57,613 bases of DNA, from contig NZ_UQYC01000001.1 in NCBI RefSeq assembly GCF_900545205.1, positions 1 through 57,613 on the forward strand. Direction: 5' to 3'. Positions 42,743 through 52,828 of this stretch are shown here, one piece after another. Numbering within the stretch: position 1 is the stretch's first letter; each line of letters begins with the position of its first letter. Both the position numbers and the translations under genes were made by a program. The DNA is from an uncultured Veillonella sp. (lineage in GTDB: Bacteria; Bacillota; Negativicutes; Veillonellales; Veillonellaceae). The notes under the pieces are model-generated. The model made no database searches. It had not been told where the DNA came from and saw nothing but the letters and a program-made list of their open reading frames with translations.

Positions 42743-44458
42743 ATGATTCGCAAATCTACAATTTTAAAATCTTTAACAGCTTTGGTGATGTCTGCATTAT
42801 CTAGTACAGCCGTACAAGCAGAAGTATTAGTGCCGCTCGATCAATTCTTGGCGAATACTACGCGTCATTATGAAGCTAATCAATATAAAACATCCTATAT
42901 GGTATATGTACCTCAAACAGTATTACAAGGAAATACTATCGTTTTAGATCCTGCTGCTGTTGGTGAACCTGTAAAATTGCCCACAACTAGCAAAAATGGC
43001 ACGACCTATGTCGATATTGAGTCTGATCCAGCTATGCTTGGTGTGAGCTATACCAAGACGAATGGACAATTAACCTTAGGTCCTGCTCCACAAGCTTCCA
43101 CGGTAAAAGCTCCGTATACAATGCAAACACCATTGTCTTGGGCTTTTGATCCATGGCCAACACAGGGAACTCCATATCAAGCAAAACTTAATGCTAGCGG
43201 CGATAATATCATTTCTCCAAGCTGGTTTAAATTGCATAGCCTCGGCCTCGAAGCAAGTCCTAATGTAAGTATTGATTATGTTAACGATTATAAGAGTAAA
43301 GGTTACCACGTATGGCCTTTGATTACGAATCGATTTGACCCTGGTTTTACTAGCGGCATCCTAGCAGACCAATCTGTATGGAAGAAATATGCTCATAACC
43401 TCGTTCAATATGCTTATATTTATGGATTTGATGGTTATAACTTTGACTTTGAAAACATTGATTATGCCGACCGTGATCGTTTAACAGCCTTTGTAGCATA
43501 TCTATCAAATCATTTACATCAATACAATATTAAAACATCCATTGATGTAACCGGTTATTCCGATAGCCCTGAATGGTCCTTAGTATATAATCGTAGTGCC
43601 TTTGCTAATTCCGTAGATTATGTAGTTCTCATGGCTTATGATGAAACATGGGCTAAGAGTACTACAGCAGGTCCTGTAGCAAGTTATCCATGGGTTCGCA
43701 ATCATGCAGAAAAAATGCTTTCTGAAGTGCCATCCCAAAAACTAGTACTTGGTGTGCCATTCTATATGCGCTTATGGCATGATACAAATGGCTATGCTAA
43801 AGGCGAAACATTGGCTATGAAAAATATAGGTAGTTACTTTGCAAACTACAAGGATAAAATGACATGGGATGATAGATTAAAATTATATTATTTATCTATC
43901 CCAACTAGCTCTGGTTCCGATCGTATTTGGTTTGAAGATAATACGTCCTTAGGTTTGAAATTAGACCTTGTAAAAGAATTACAGCTCGGCGGTTTTGCTG
44001 CATGGCGTAAAGGCTTTGAAGACGAATCTACTATTGCTATGATTCAAGGTAAAGACTTAGGCCGTGGAATTCCTAAATCTCCTACAGCGGTTGTTCCTGA
44101 ACCAGTAGTAGAAGAAACTAAACCATTAACTAAGCTTGAACAATATAAATTGCGTTTAGAAGAAAAAGAAAAGGCCAAAGCTGCTAAAGCGGAAGCAAAA
44201 CGTAAGGCAAAAGAAGAAAAAGAATTAGCTAAACGCAAAGCTAAAGAAGAAGCGGAGCAAGCTAAAGCCGAGAAAAAACGTCAAGTTGAGGAAGCCAAGG
44301 CAGAGAAAAAGCGTTTAGAAGAAGAGGCTAAGGCTCAAAAGGAACGTGCTTCACAAGAGGCAAAGGATAAAATTGCTTCTTATAAGAGCCATGGATCTGT
44401 TCAAAATACAACTACTAAAAATGAATTAACTAAATCTGTACAAGTAGTAAAACGCTAG
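42743..44458 (+). CDS. secreted glycoside hydrolase family 18 protein with charged coiled-coil tail
   Basis: Signal peptide (AVQA), ISPSWF, DGYNFDFE catalytic motif, LMAYDE, KLVLGVPFY, IWFED, GGFAAW; K/E/A-rich C-terminus. Confidence 0.88.
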   Translation: MIRKSTILKSLTALVMSALSSTAVQAEVLVPLDQFLANTTRHYEANQYKTSYMVYVPQTVLQGNTIVLDPAAVGEPVKLPTTSKNGTTYVDIESDPAMLGVSYTKTNGQLTLGPAPQASTVKAPYTMQTPLSWAFDPWPTQGTPYQAKLNASGDNIISPSWFKLHSLGLEASPNVSIDYVNDYKSKGYHVWPLITNRFDPGFTSGILADQSVWKKYAHNLVQYAYIYGFDGYNFDFENIDYADRDRLTAFVAYLSNHLHQYNIKTSIDVTGYSDSPEWSLVYNRSAFANSVDYVVLMAYDETWAKSTTAGPVASYPWVRNHAEKMLSEVPSQKLVLGVPFYMRLWHDTNGYAKGETLAMKNIGSYFANYKDKMTWDDRLKLYYLSIPTSSGSDRIWFEDNTSLGLKLDLVKELQLGGFAAWRKGFEDESTIAMIQGKDLGRGIPKSPTAVVPEPVVEETKPLTKLEQYKLRLEEKEKAKAAKAEAKRKAKEEKELAKRKAKEEAEQAKAEKKRQVEEAKAEKKRLEEEAKAQKERASQEAKDKIASYKSHGSVQNTTTKNELTKSVQVVKR

Positions 44459-44461
44459 AGT

Positions 44462-44490
44462 TTGACTGCTTTCATAGTACGTAGTAAAAT
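44462..44490 (+). promoter_or_regulatory. sigma70-type promoter of leuS
   Basis: TTGACT-N17-TAAAAT. Confidence 0.6.
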
Positions 44491-44548
44491 AAAAATATTG
44501 ATTATAAAACGGCAACTAATGAGGTTGACTATATGAGGAGGCCCCTAC

Positions 44549-47017
44549 ATGAATGAAAAATATGTAGCCCAAGATATTGAGAAAAAGTGGCAAAAGTATT
44601 GGGATGATAACCATACATTTAAAACAGAATATGATGAATCCAAAGAAAAATACTATGTATTAGAAATGTTCCCGTACCCATCTGGTAACTTACACATGGG
44701 TCACGTGCGTAACTATTCCATCGGTGACGTAGTAGCTCGTTTCAAAAAAATGAAGGGCTTTAACGTGTTACATCCAATGGGCTGGGACTCCTTTGGTATG
44801 CCTGCAGAAAATGCAGCTATCAAACATGGTATTGCCCCTAAAACATGGACTCTTGATAACATCGAGAACATGAAATTGCAACAAAAAGCACTTGGCTTGT
44901 CCTATGATTGGGACCGTGAAGTTGCAACATGTAAAGAAGATTACTACAAATGGACTCAATGGTTCTTCGAGCAATTCTATAAAAAAGGCTTAGCTTATAA
45001 AAAAGAAGCAAAAGTAAACTGGTGCGAAACTTGCCATACTGTATTGGCTAACGAACAAGTTATCGATGGTGCCTGCTGGCGCTGTGACAACCCAGTTGAG
45101 AAAAAAGACTTGTCTCAATGGTTCTTGCGCATTACAGAATATGCAGATCGCTTGTTAACTGATTTGGACACTCTTGATCATTGGCCACAACGCGTTAAAT
45201 TGATGCAAAAGAACTGGATTGGCCGTTCTGAAGGTACAGAATTCTCCTTTGAAGTTCCATCCATCAATGAACGCGTATCTGTTTATACTACACGAGTTGA
45301 TACTATTTATGGCGTAAGCTATGTAGTATTGGCTCCTGAACATCCATATGTGGAACGCCTTATTGAAAATGCGCCTAATAAAGCTGAATTGGAAGCTTTC
45401 ATTACACGTATGCGTAATATGAGCGATATTGATCGTACATCTACAGAAGCGCCTAAAGAAGGTATGTTCACTGGTTCCTATGCAGTAAACCCAATGTCTG
45501 GCGAACAAGTTCCTGTATGGATTGCAAACTATGTATTGGTAGACTATGGTACTGGTGCCGTAATGGGTTCCCCTGCGCATGATGAACGTGACTGGGAATT
45601 TGCTCATAAATACGATTTGCCTATTAAACAAGTCGTAGCTCGTGAAGGTGAAGAATATAGCCTTGATAAATGGCAAGAATGGTACCATGAAGATGGTATC
45701 CTAGTTAACTCTGGTGAATATAATGGCCAAACATCTGAAGAGGCTCGTAAAACTATTACAGCTGCTCTTAACGAACGTGGCATTGGTGAAGGTAAGGTAA
45801 ACTTCCGTCTTCGTGACTGGTTGATTTCTCGTCAACGTTACTGGGGCGTGCCAATTCCTGTAGTATATTGTGAAAAATGCGGTGAACAACTTGTTCCTGA
45901 AGAAGAGTTGCCAGTACGCTTGCCAGAGGATGTTAAATTTGAGTCTGGTGCCGTATCTCCATTGGCTACTTCTGAAAGCTTCCTAAATACTACATGTCCT
46001 AAATGTGGTGGTCCTGCACGTCGTGAAACAGACACAATGGACACATTTATCGATTCCTCTTGGTACTTCTTGCGCTATACAGACGCTAAAAACGACCAAG
46101 CTCCATTCGATAAAAAAATCGCTAACTACTGGATGAATGTTGACCAATATATCGGTGGTATTGAACATGCTATCTTGCACTTGTTGTACTCTCGATTCTT
46201 TGTGAAAGTTATTCATGATTTAGGCCTTATTGAGTGTAATGAACCATTCCGTGGCTTGTTGACACAAGGTATGGTTCTTAAAGAAGGCAGCAAAATGTCT
46301 AAATCCAAAGGTAATGTAGTTTCTCCAGAAGAAATTATCAATACTTATGGTGCAGATACTGCCCGTTTGTTCATACTCTTTGCAGCTCCTGTAGATCGTG
46401 ACCTTGATTGGTCTGACCAAGGCGTTGAAGGTTCTTACCGTTTCTTGGGTCGTGTATGGCGTATTGTTGATGCGTACAACGAAGAAGCTAAGAAAAATGT
46501 AACTGGTGAACTTACAAAAGACGAATTTGCATTGCGTCGTGAATTACACCGTGTTATCAAAAAGGTAACAGAAGACCTCGATAACAACTTCAACTTCAAC
46601 ACTGCTATTTCTGCTATCATGGAACTAGTAAATGCTATGTACGCTCATAAGGACAAAGCTGAAACGATCAATAGTGCTTTAGCTAATGAATTAACTCATT
46701 CCTTATTACTTCTTTTAGCACCATTCGTTCCTCATATGACAGAAGAGTTGTGGCATGAATTGGGTGAAACTACATCCATCCACACTGAAAAATGGCCTGT
46801 ATACGAAGAGGCAGCTCTCGTTGTAGATGAAGTAGAAGTAGTATTACAAGTAAATGGTAAAGTTCGTGATAAACTTACTGTTTCTGTAAATATTACAAAA
46901 GAAGAATTAGAAACATTGGCTAAAGAATCTAGTCGTGTTCAAGAGTTTACAGAAGGTAAAAATATCGTAAAAGTTATTTATGTACCTGGTAAACTTGTAA
47001 ATATCGTAGTTAAATAA
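44549..47017 (+). CDS. leuS: leucine--tRNA ligase
   Basis: [19 protein letters not shown] editing domain, [23 protein letters not shown]. Confidence 0.99.
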   Translation: MNEKYVAQDIEKKWQKYWDDNHTFKTEYDESKEKYYVLEMFPYPSGNLHMGHVRNYSIGDVVARFKKMKGFNVLHPMGWDSFGMPAENAAIKHGIAPKTWTLDNIENMKLQQKALGLSYDWDREVATCKEDYYKWTQWFFEQFYKKGLAYKKEAKVNWCETCHTVLANEQVIDGACWRCDNPVEKKDLSQWFLRITEYADRLLTDLDTLDHWPQRVKLMQKNWIGRSEGTEFSFEVPSINERVSVYTTRVDTIYGVSYVVLAPEHPYVERLIENAPNKAELEAFITRMRNMSDIDRTSTEAPKEGMFTGSYAVNPMSGEQVPVWIANYVLVDYGTGAVMGSPAHDERDWEFAHKYDLPIKQVVAREGEEYSLDKWQEWYHEDGILVNSGEYNGQTSEEARKTITAALNERGIGEGKVNFRLRDWLISRQRYWGVPIPVVYCEKCGEQLVPEEELPVRLPEDVKFESGAVSPLATSESFLNTTCPKCGGPARRETDTMDTFIDSSWYFLRYTDAKNDQAPFDKKIANYWMNVDQYIGGIEHAILHLLYSRFFVKVIHDLGLIECNEPFRGLLTQGMVLKEGSKMSKSKGNVVSPEEIINTYGADTARLFILFAAPVDRDLDWSDQGVEGSYRFLGRVWRIVDAYNEEAKKNVTGELTKDEFALRRELHRVIKKVTEDLDNNFNFNTAISAIMELVNAMYAHKDKAETINSALANELTHSLLLLLAPFVPHMTEELWHELGETTSIHTEKWPVYEEAALVVDEVEVVLQVNGKVRDKLTVSVNITKEELETLAKESSRVQEFTEGKNIVKVIYVPGKLVNIVVK

Positions 47018-47041
47018 CGATATTCTATTCGTTTAATACAG

Positions 47042-47081
47042 TAAGCCCCCAACTACATAAGTAGAAGGGGGCTTATTTTTT
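47042..47081 (+). terminator. intrinsic terminator after leuS
   Basis: TAAGCCCCC..CTAC/GTAG..GGGGGCTTA + U-tract. Confidence 0.75.
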
Positions 47082-47093
47082 AGTGAGGTAATT

Positions 47094-47573
47094 ATGGCAA
47101 AACGTAGCGATTATATTTCCTGGGATGAATACTTCATGGGGGTTGCCATCTTAGCAGCGCAACGCTCTAAGGATCCTAATACACAAGTTGGTGCATGTAT
47201 CGTTAGCAATGATAATAAAATCTTATCTATTGGCTATAATGGCATGCCTTTGAATTGTAGTGATGATGACTTTACTTGGGAACGCGATTCAGCAGACGAT
47301 AACAAATATTTCTATACTGTACATAGTGAACTCAATGCTATTCTGAATTATCGCGGTGGTTCTCTAGAGGGTTCCAAGATTTATGTTACATTATTCCCTT
47401 GTAATGAATGTGCTAAGGCAATCATTCAAAGTGGTATTAAGGCCGTTATCTACCGCGATGACCTTTATAAAGATACTAAAGAGGTTAAAGCATCTAAGCG
47501 GATGTTAAAAACTGCAGGTGTAGAGATTATTGAATATAAACCTACAGGCCGTACTTTAAATATCACATTGTAA
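47094..47573 (+). CDS. dCMP deaminase (ComEB-like)
   Basis: SWDEYFM, RSKDPNTQVGA, GYNG, HSELNAI, FPCNECAK. Confidence 0.93.
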   Translation: MAKRSDYISWDEYFMGVAILAAQRSKDPNTQVGACIVSNDNKILSIGYNGMPLNCSDDDFTWERDSADDNKYFYTVHSELNAILNYRGGSLEGSKIYVTLFPCNECAKAIIQSGIKAVIYRDDLYKDTKEVKASKRMLKTAGVEIIEYKPTGRTLNITL

Positions 47574-47599
47574 TAGAATAAATTTTTACTATTATCAAA

Positions 47600-47634
47600 A
47601 GACCCTATATACAAGCGTATATAGGGTCTGTTTC
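47600..47634. terminator. terminator between convergent deaminase and aminopeptidase genes
   Basis: AGACCCTATATAC-AAGC-GTATATAGGGTCT. Confidence 0.75.
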
Positions 47635-47718
47635 ATATGTAGTTTTCCAATATAAATTGATATCTACTAGAGACGTTAGACTAGACATATAGTTCTTTGC
47701 TGTCATCCAATTTATGAT

Positions 47719-47748
47719 TGTTTTGTAGTTATGTTTTGTAGTTATGTT
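47719..47748. repeat. 13-bp tandem duplication
   Basis: TGTTTTGTAGTTA x2 + TGTT next to the aminopeptidase stop. Confidence 0.8.
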
Positions 47749-48977
47749 TATACTTGTAAACGACCATCAATCATAATGTCTACTTCTTGACCGTCACGAG
47801 TATAGCCTTTGATGTTCATACGTTCATGGCCAATCATAAAGTCTACATGTGTTAAGGAGTGGTTAAGGCCGCGTTCTTTTAATTCTTCTTCAGATAAACC
47901 ATTGCTATCTTTGAGGCATGTTGGATAAGAGGCACCAATTGCTAAATGGCAGGATGCATTTTCATCAAACAATGTTTCGAAGAAGATTTGGTTAGATTGA
48001 CTAATTGGGCTGAAGTGATCAACTAAAGCAACTTCGCCGAGGTAGTGGGAACCTTCATCAGTTTCTACTAATTCTTTCAATACTTCATAACCTTCTTTGG
48101 CTGTATATTCAACGATTTTACCTTCTTTAAACGTAAAGGAGAAATCAGAAATAGTATTACCGTGGTAAATTAAAGGTTTTGTACTGTACACAATACCATT
48201 AACGCCATTGTATTGTGGAGCAGAGAAAACTTCTTCTGTAGGTATATTGGCATTGAAAATAGTACCATCTTTAGAGGATTCTTCACCACCTAGCCAAATA
48301 TGACCTTCTGGCAATTCTAATAGGAGGTCAGTACCATTTTCACAAGTATAACGCAATGCCTTTAAGTCTAATTTATTCAATGCTTCACAGCGGTGACGTA
48401 ATTTTGCCATATGATGACGATACGTATCTTTTGGTTCTACACCTTCAATGCGGCAAAGTTTCAATAATGTATCCCATAACTGGTTAATTTTTTCTTCGTC
48501 TGTACCTTTATAGCCTAATAAATCTGCCCAAAGAACTGTTGGTACAGAAGCAACACACCATGTAACAGAAGAGTTCATGATGGCTGTATGATAGAAGGAT
48601 AACGCTTTATTTAAGTTACGAGATTGTAAGGAAATACGATCTGTTGGAATACCTTCTAAGGCTTTTGGATTAGCACTGATTAACGATAAGAAGGCAGCCT
48701 TTTCATCGATGTACTGCTTGTAGAATTCAGGAATCCAGTTAGCTGGTTTTTCTAAAACAGATTCGTTAGCATGCAATAAACGTTGACGGGCAATTGGGGA
48801 GCATCTCCAGTTCAGAACAACCTCCTTAGCACCAAGTTCATAAGCTTCTTCAGTAACAATCACTGCAAAGTCTTTGTTTTCTACATCTACAGAAATAACT
48901 AATGTTTGGTCTTGCTGCAAGTTTACACCGTATTGTAATAATGTACGGGCATATTTTCTTAATGTATCTTGATTCAT
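47748..48977 (-). CDS. M29-family aminopeptidase (PepS/AmpS)
   Basis: GVNLQ, ANIPTEEVFSAP, LGEVALV, LFDENASCHLAIG, NHSLTHVDFMIG. Confidence 0.94.
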   Translation of the reverse strand: MNQDTLRKYARTLLQYGVNLQQDQTLVISVDVENKDFAVIVTEEAYELGAKEVVLNWRCSPIARQRLLHANESVLEKPANWIPEFYKQYIDEKAAFLSLISANPKALEGIPTDRISLQSRNLNKALSFYHTAIMNSSVTWCVASVPTVLWADLLGYKGTDEEKINQLWDTLLKLCRIEGVEPKDTYRHHMAKLRHRCEALNKLDLKALRYTCENGTDLLLELPEGHIWLGGEESSKDGTIFNANIPTEEVFSAPQYNGVNGIVYSTKPLIYHGNTISDFSFTFKEGKIVEYTAKEGYEVLKELVETDEGSHYLGEVALVDHFSPISQSNQIFFETLFDENASCHLAIGASYPTCLKDSNGLSEEELKERGLNHSLTHVDFMIGHERMNIKGYTRDGQEVDIMIDGRLQV

Positions 48978-49088
48978 AATTTCTCCTTTAATTCGTCATC
49001 AATTGTTAAACTCCTGCTAGTGTGACCAATAGAGTCATCGGTAGGAGTTTTGTTTTTCATAGGGAAATCCTTCAGTAGGAGGTGCACT

Positions 49089-49658
49089 ATGAAAGTTAAA
49101 TTGAAGCCCTATATGATAATTGTATTAATCCTATGTATTTTAGTAGGAATTTATTTCCTATGGCCTATTATAACAGATGAAAGCGATTCTGTCCTAGCTG
49201 AAGGGGGTATAGATGGAAATTCTTCTATATCTACTGTAGAACAACAGCCTAATAAACAAATCGCTTATATAACAGGTGCAGTCGCTTCACCTGGTTTATA
49301 TGAGCTTGAAAGCTCAGCTACTGTAGGTGATATTGTTAAGCTAGCAGGAGGACTATTACCGTATGCAGATGTAGAGTCGGTAAATATGGCTAAGCCAGTT
49401 ACTGCAGGTGATCATATCCATGTAGTATTTAACTTTCACGGTAATCCTGAAGTGTTATTGCGTGGTAATAAGATAAACATAAACTCTGCCACTGCAAAAG
49501 AATTAGACTCTCTGCCAGGTATAGGCCCTGCCATGGCTAAAAGAATTGAGGAATATCGTTCACAAAAAGGCCCCTTTACTTCCGTTGAAGGTATCAAGGG
49601 GGTGAAGGGCATTGGTGACGGCGTATTTAAGAAAATTAAAGACAAAATTACAATTTAA
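49089..49658 (+). CDS. comEA: competence DNA receptor ComEA
   Basis: N-terminal TM, SLBB (ITGAVASPGLY..AGG), HhH (ININSAT..LPGIGP..I.EYR..GPF..VKGIG); start after AGGAGG. Confidence 0.92.
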   Translation: MKVKLKPYMIIVLILCILVGIYFLWPIITDESDSVLAEGGIDGNSSISTVEQQPNKQIAYITGAVASPGLYELESSATVGDIVKLAGGLLPYADVESVNMAKPVTAGDHIHVVFNFHGNPEVLLRGNKININSATAKELDSLPGIGPAMAKRIEEYRSQKGPFTSVEGIKGVKGIGDGVFKKIKDKITI

Positions 49659-49683
49659 CAATCAAAATTGTAATCACGAAGGT

Positions 49684-51837
49684 ATGCCACTACATACAAA
49701 TATTATTGATCGTACAAAAGTGGTGTTAACTCATAGTCAATGGGCACATGTTATATTAGGATCTATCATTATAGGAACAATACTAGGGTATGGAAATTAT
49801 TTTCCTGTACTCAATCAAATGTACTACATCTTTGCGATAGGGATAGCCATTATAGGTGTCGGTGTTTTTAAAGTCTTACAATCGTCTAATTGGTGGCGAT
49901 CACTTGGTAAGTTAATAGTTTTAGTGTCCGTTTTTGTAGGACTGTCGTATTATCAAACAGATTTACGGATTATACATTTTAATAGCTATACTTCATATTA
50001 TTTGCAGCAAGAAGGAGAATATCTTGGTACGGTTGTAACTGCTCCTGAAAGAGTAAATTTGAACGGACAGGAGTGCTACAAATATACAATTGAAACTCAT
50101 GGCTTACATCCTTATAAAGATACTGCCAAAAATGATTATATTAATGCACAGGGAAGGTTACAGGTATATTCAAAGGTGTCTACCACCAAACATCCCATAC
50201 GACTAGGGGAATACGCAGTTGTAGAAGGTACACCAAAGTCCTTATTTCTTATCGAAGAGGAAGGTCGTATTAATCTTCGCGGTCGATATATGAGTTCCAA
50301 TTCTCGAGGGCGAATCTACGATGGTGTATATAGAACTGCTACAAATAAAGACTTACAAGCATTCAACTATAAAGAGCCCTTTTCTGAAAAACTGTATAGG
50401 AAACTCTTATTTATTTGTGGATCAATACGTGAGTCTATAGATAAAACTATTTCTAATTATCTAGAGGGTCCACAACATGTATTAGCACAATCATTAGCTT
50501 TAGGTGGCCATTATAGTGAGCTAGGGGAAGATACAATGAAGGATTTTTCCTACACAGGACTTATCCATATTTTATCCATATCAGGTTCACATATTGCTCT
50601 CTTGTTAGCATTGGTATATGGACTGGGACGACTTATTAAATTAAGAAAACGAACCAGTTTGATTATGGGAATTTTAGTGGCCTGTATGTATTGTGGTGTC
50701 GTTGGTGGTGATGCTCCTGTTGTACGGGCAACGATAATGAGCATACTCATGTGTATGGCTTACATAAAAGGTCGATTATATCAAGCTAAGCAAGCATTAT
50801 GCATATGTGCCATACTATGTTTAGTATATGATCCTTTTTCTATATTTGATGTAAGTTTTCAGCTATCGTTTGGTGCAACCTATGGTTTGCTCATATGGGG
50901 AAAAGTATTATATGAACGTATTCAATGGTTACCTAAATGGATTAAAACACCTCTTGTATTATGTGTATCAGCACAGTTGCTCATCTTGCCTCTACAGCTA
51001 TATTACTTTCATTATATTAGTATTGCTAGTTTGTTAGCAGCTTGTATAGTGGCACCTTTATTAGATTTATCTATCGTTTTAATTTTTATAAGTACTGTTA
51101 TTAGCTATGTATTGCCGATATCATTTCTATGGTCATTGATAGATGTACTATTACGTATATCCTTATATTTAAATCATGTGTTAGGTCGTAGTGGCAGTTT
51201 ACTTTGGTTCGGCATGATGAATCCTTATTGTGCTTATATGTATTTTGTCCTATTAGGTTTATTTACGTACTTTTTGACACATGGAAAACAGTATACTATT
51301 TATATAGTTATGTCCTTGTTTTTTATGATTATCAGCTTTGGGGCATCATTTTATGTTACACATTATCATAAGGATGTATTGGTTCACTATATTCCTATGA
51401 AGCAGTGTAATGTGTTACTTTGTATAGAACCTAATCACGAAGGGGCCTATGTATTAATTGATGCGCCAGACCATATTAAAACTACACCTAATGAAAGGCT
51501 TATCAATCAAGCTATACGGGCATATGGTGTCAATCCAAAAGTTGTAAAAGTAGACTACTTTCATAGTAACGGATCTGCAAAAACAATATATAAAAATAGT
51601 ATGAAAGAAATCGATGTATATAATGGACAAAGAGGAGAAAAAAATCTAAAATTAAATGATAAGACTAATACATTATTTATTACGAGTCGATCTAGTATAA
51701 TGAACGAAATTGGTCGCATATTACCGGATAATACTGTTTTATTTAGTAGTCCTCATGGTGCATTACGCGATGTGGACCCATCATCAAAACACATGTATAT
51801 AATGGGGTACAGTTACATTAAAGATATCTATCTGTGA
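49684..51837 (+). CDS. comEC: competence channel ComEC (start uncertain)
   Basis: GLIHILSISGSHI, PVVRA, FQLSFGA competence-domain motifs; between comEA and holA. Confidence 0.9.
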   Translation: MPLHTNIIDRTKVVLTHSQWAHVILGSIIIGTILGYGNYFPVLNQMYYIFAIGIAIIGVGVFKVLQSSNWWRSLGKLIVLVSVFVGLSYYQTDLRIIHFNSYTSYYLQQEGEYLGTVVTAPERVNLNGQECYKYTIETHGLHPYKDTAKNDYINAQGRLQVYSKVSTTKHPIRLGEYAVVEGTPKSLFLIEEEGRINLRGRYMSSNSRGRIYDGVYRTATNKDLQAFNYKEPFSEKLYRKLLFICGSIRESIDKTISNYLEGPQHVLAQSLALGGHYSELGEDTMKDFSYTGLIHILSISGSHIALLLALVYGLGRLIKLRKRTSLIMGILVACMYCGVVGGDAPVVRATIMSILMCMAYIKGRLYQAKQALCICAILCLVYDPFSIFDVSFQLSFGATYGLLIWGKVLYERIQWLPKWIKTPLVLCVSAQLLILPLQLYYFHYISIASLLAACIVAPLLDLSIVLIFISTVISYVLPISFLWSLIDVLLRISLYLNHVLGRSGSLLWFGMMNPYCAYMYFVLLGLFTYFLTHGKQYTIYIVMSLFFMIISFGASFYVTHYHKDVLVHYIPMKQCNVLLCIEPNHEGAYVLIDAPDHIKTTPNERLINQAIRAYGVNPKVVKVDYFHSNGSAKTIYKNSMKEIDVYNGQRGEKNLKLNDKTNTLFITSRSSIMNEIGRILPDNTVLFSSPHGALRDVDPSSKHMYIMGYSYIKDIYL

Positions 51838-51848
51838 AAGGAGGAACT

Positions 51849-52826
51849 ATGGCACATATTCAACTCATTTATGGCGATGAGCCACAATTAATTGAAGAAG
51901 AAAAACGTAAATTTTTAAGTGCCTATCCTGACCTTCCAGTAACTGTATTAGATGATGAAGCTGGGCCACAGAAAATAAGTGAAAAGCTATGTGAAGATTC
52001 GCTCTTTGGCGATCAAAAGGTATTTTGTTTAGTGAATTTACCTATTATTCGTAAAAGCGGTAAAAATAGCGATGCTTGGGTTCCATTATATGAACTCATT
52101 ATGGAATATAATGGGAATAATCCCATCCTTTTGATTTATCATGATATGATTGATAAACGCATCAAGCAGAATAAAGCGATTTTAGATAAAATTCCCAATC
52201 ATCAATGTAAGCGCCTTGAAGGGGCAGACCTTGTGATGTGGATACGTCAGTATTGCACTTCTAATGGTTTTAAAATGACACCTGATGCACAGGAATATGT
52301 AGCTCATCTCATCGATTTGTGGCAAGATGTACCGGTTTCTTTTATGAGAACCGAATTTGACCGGTATTTTCTACAAATTACAGGTGATAAAGTCATTACT
52401 AAAGAGTTTCTCGAAGAAAATGGTAGCGATTATGGGGCTAAAAACATTTTCACCTTTAAAGAGGCTCTGTTAAAACGAGATATTGATACATTGCTTGAAC
52501 TATTTCCGTTTATGTTCGGCTATAAAGAATTAGACCGTGCAATGAGCTATATTGAGGGGCAATTACGTTTACAGTTACTGGTTAGCGAATGCCGTCAAGC
52601 GGGAATGTCTGTTCAAGCTATTCAAAACTTATGTAAGGATTATGATTCGTCATTTAAACCATATCCAATTAAGCTAGCTTATGAGGCGAGTCCTAGAATT
52701 TCAATTAAGGCGCTACGAGCTTTATTAAAAGGGCTCTATGAGATTATATTGGATAGCCGTAGTAGCAAGGGCGATATTTGGCGATTTAGAGATTTATGTA
52801 TTACCTATTGTGGGTATAAGGGATAA
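51849..52826 (+). CDS. holA: DNA polymerase III delta subunit
   Basis: LIYGDE, SLFGDQK, IDKR, WI, NIF motifs; conserved position after comEC. Confidence 0.85.
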   Translation: MAHIQLIYGDEPQLIEEEKRKFLSAYPDLPVTVLDDEAGPQKISEKLCEDSLFGDQKVFCLVNLPIIRKSGKNSDAWVPLYELIMEYNGNNPILLIYHDMIDKRIKQNKAILDKIPNHQCKRLEGADLVMWIRQYCTSNGFKMTPDAQEYVAHLIDLWQDVPVSFMRTEFDRYFLQITGDKVITKEFLEENGSDYGAKNIFTFKEALLKRDIDTLLELFPFMFGYKELDRAMSYIEGQLRLQLLVSECRQAGMSVQAIQNLCKDYDSSFKPYPIKLAYEASPRISIKALRALLKGLYEIILDSRSSKGDIWRFRDLCITYCGYKG

Positions 52827-52828
52827 AA

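Noticed and set aside
47094..47573. Anti-phage dCTP deaminase or true comEB of a comE operon
   Set aside because: Single-domain housekeeping-type dCMP deaminase without a kinase-like domain, separated from comEA by a terminator and an opposite-strand gene.
47719..47748. Functional repeat element
   Set aside because: Only two 13-bp copies just past a stop codon; most simply a slippage duplication.
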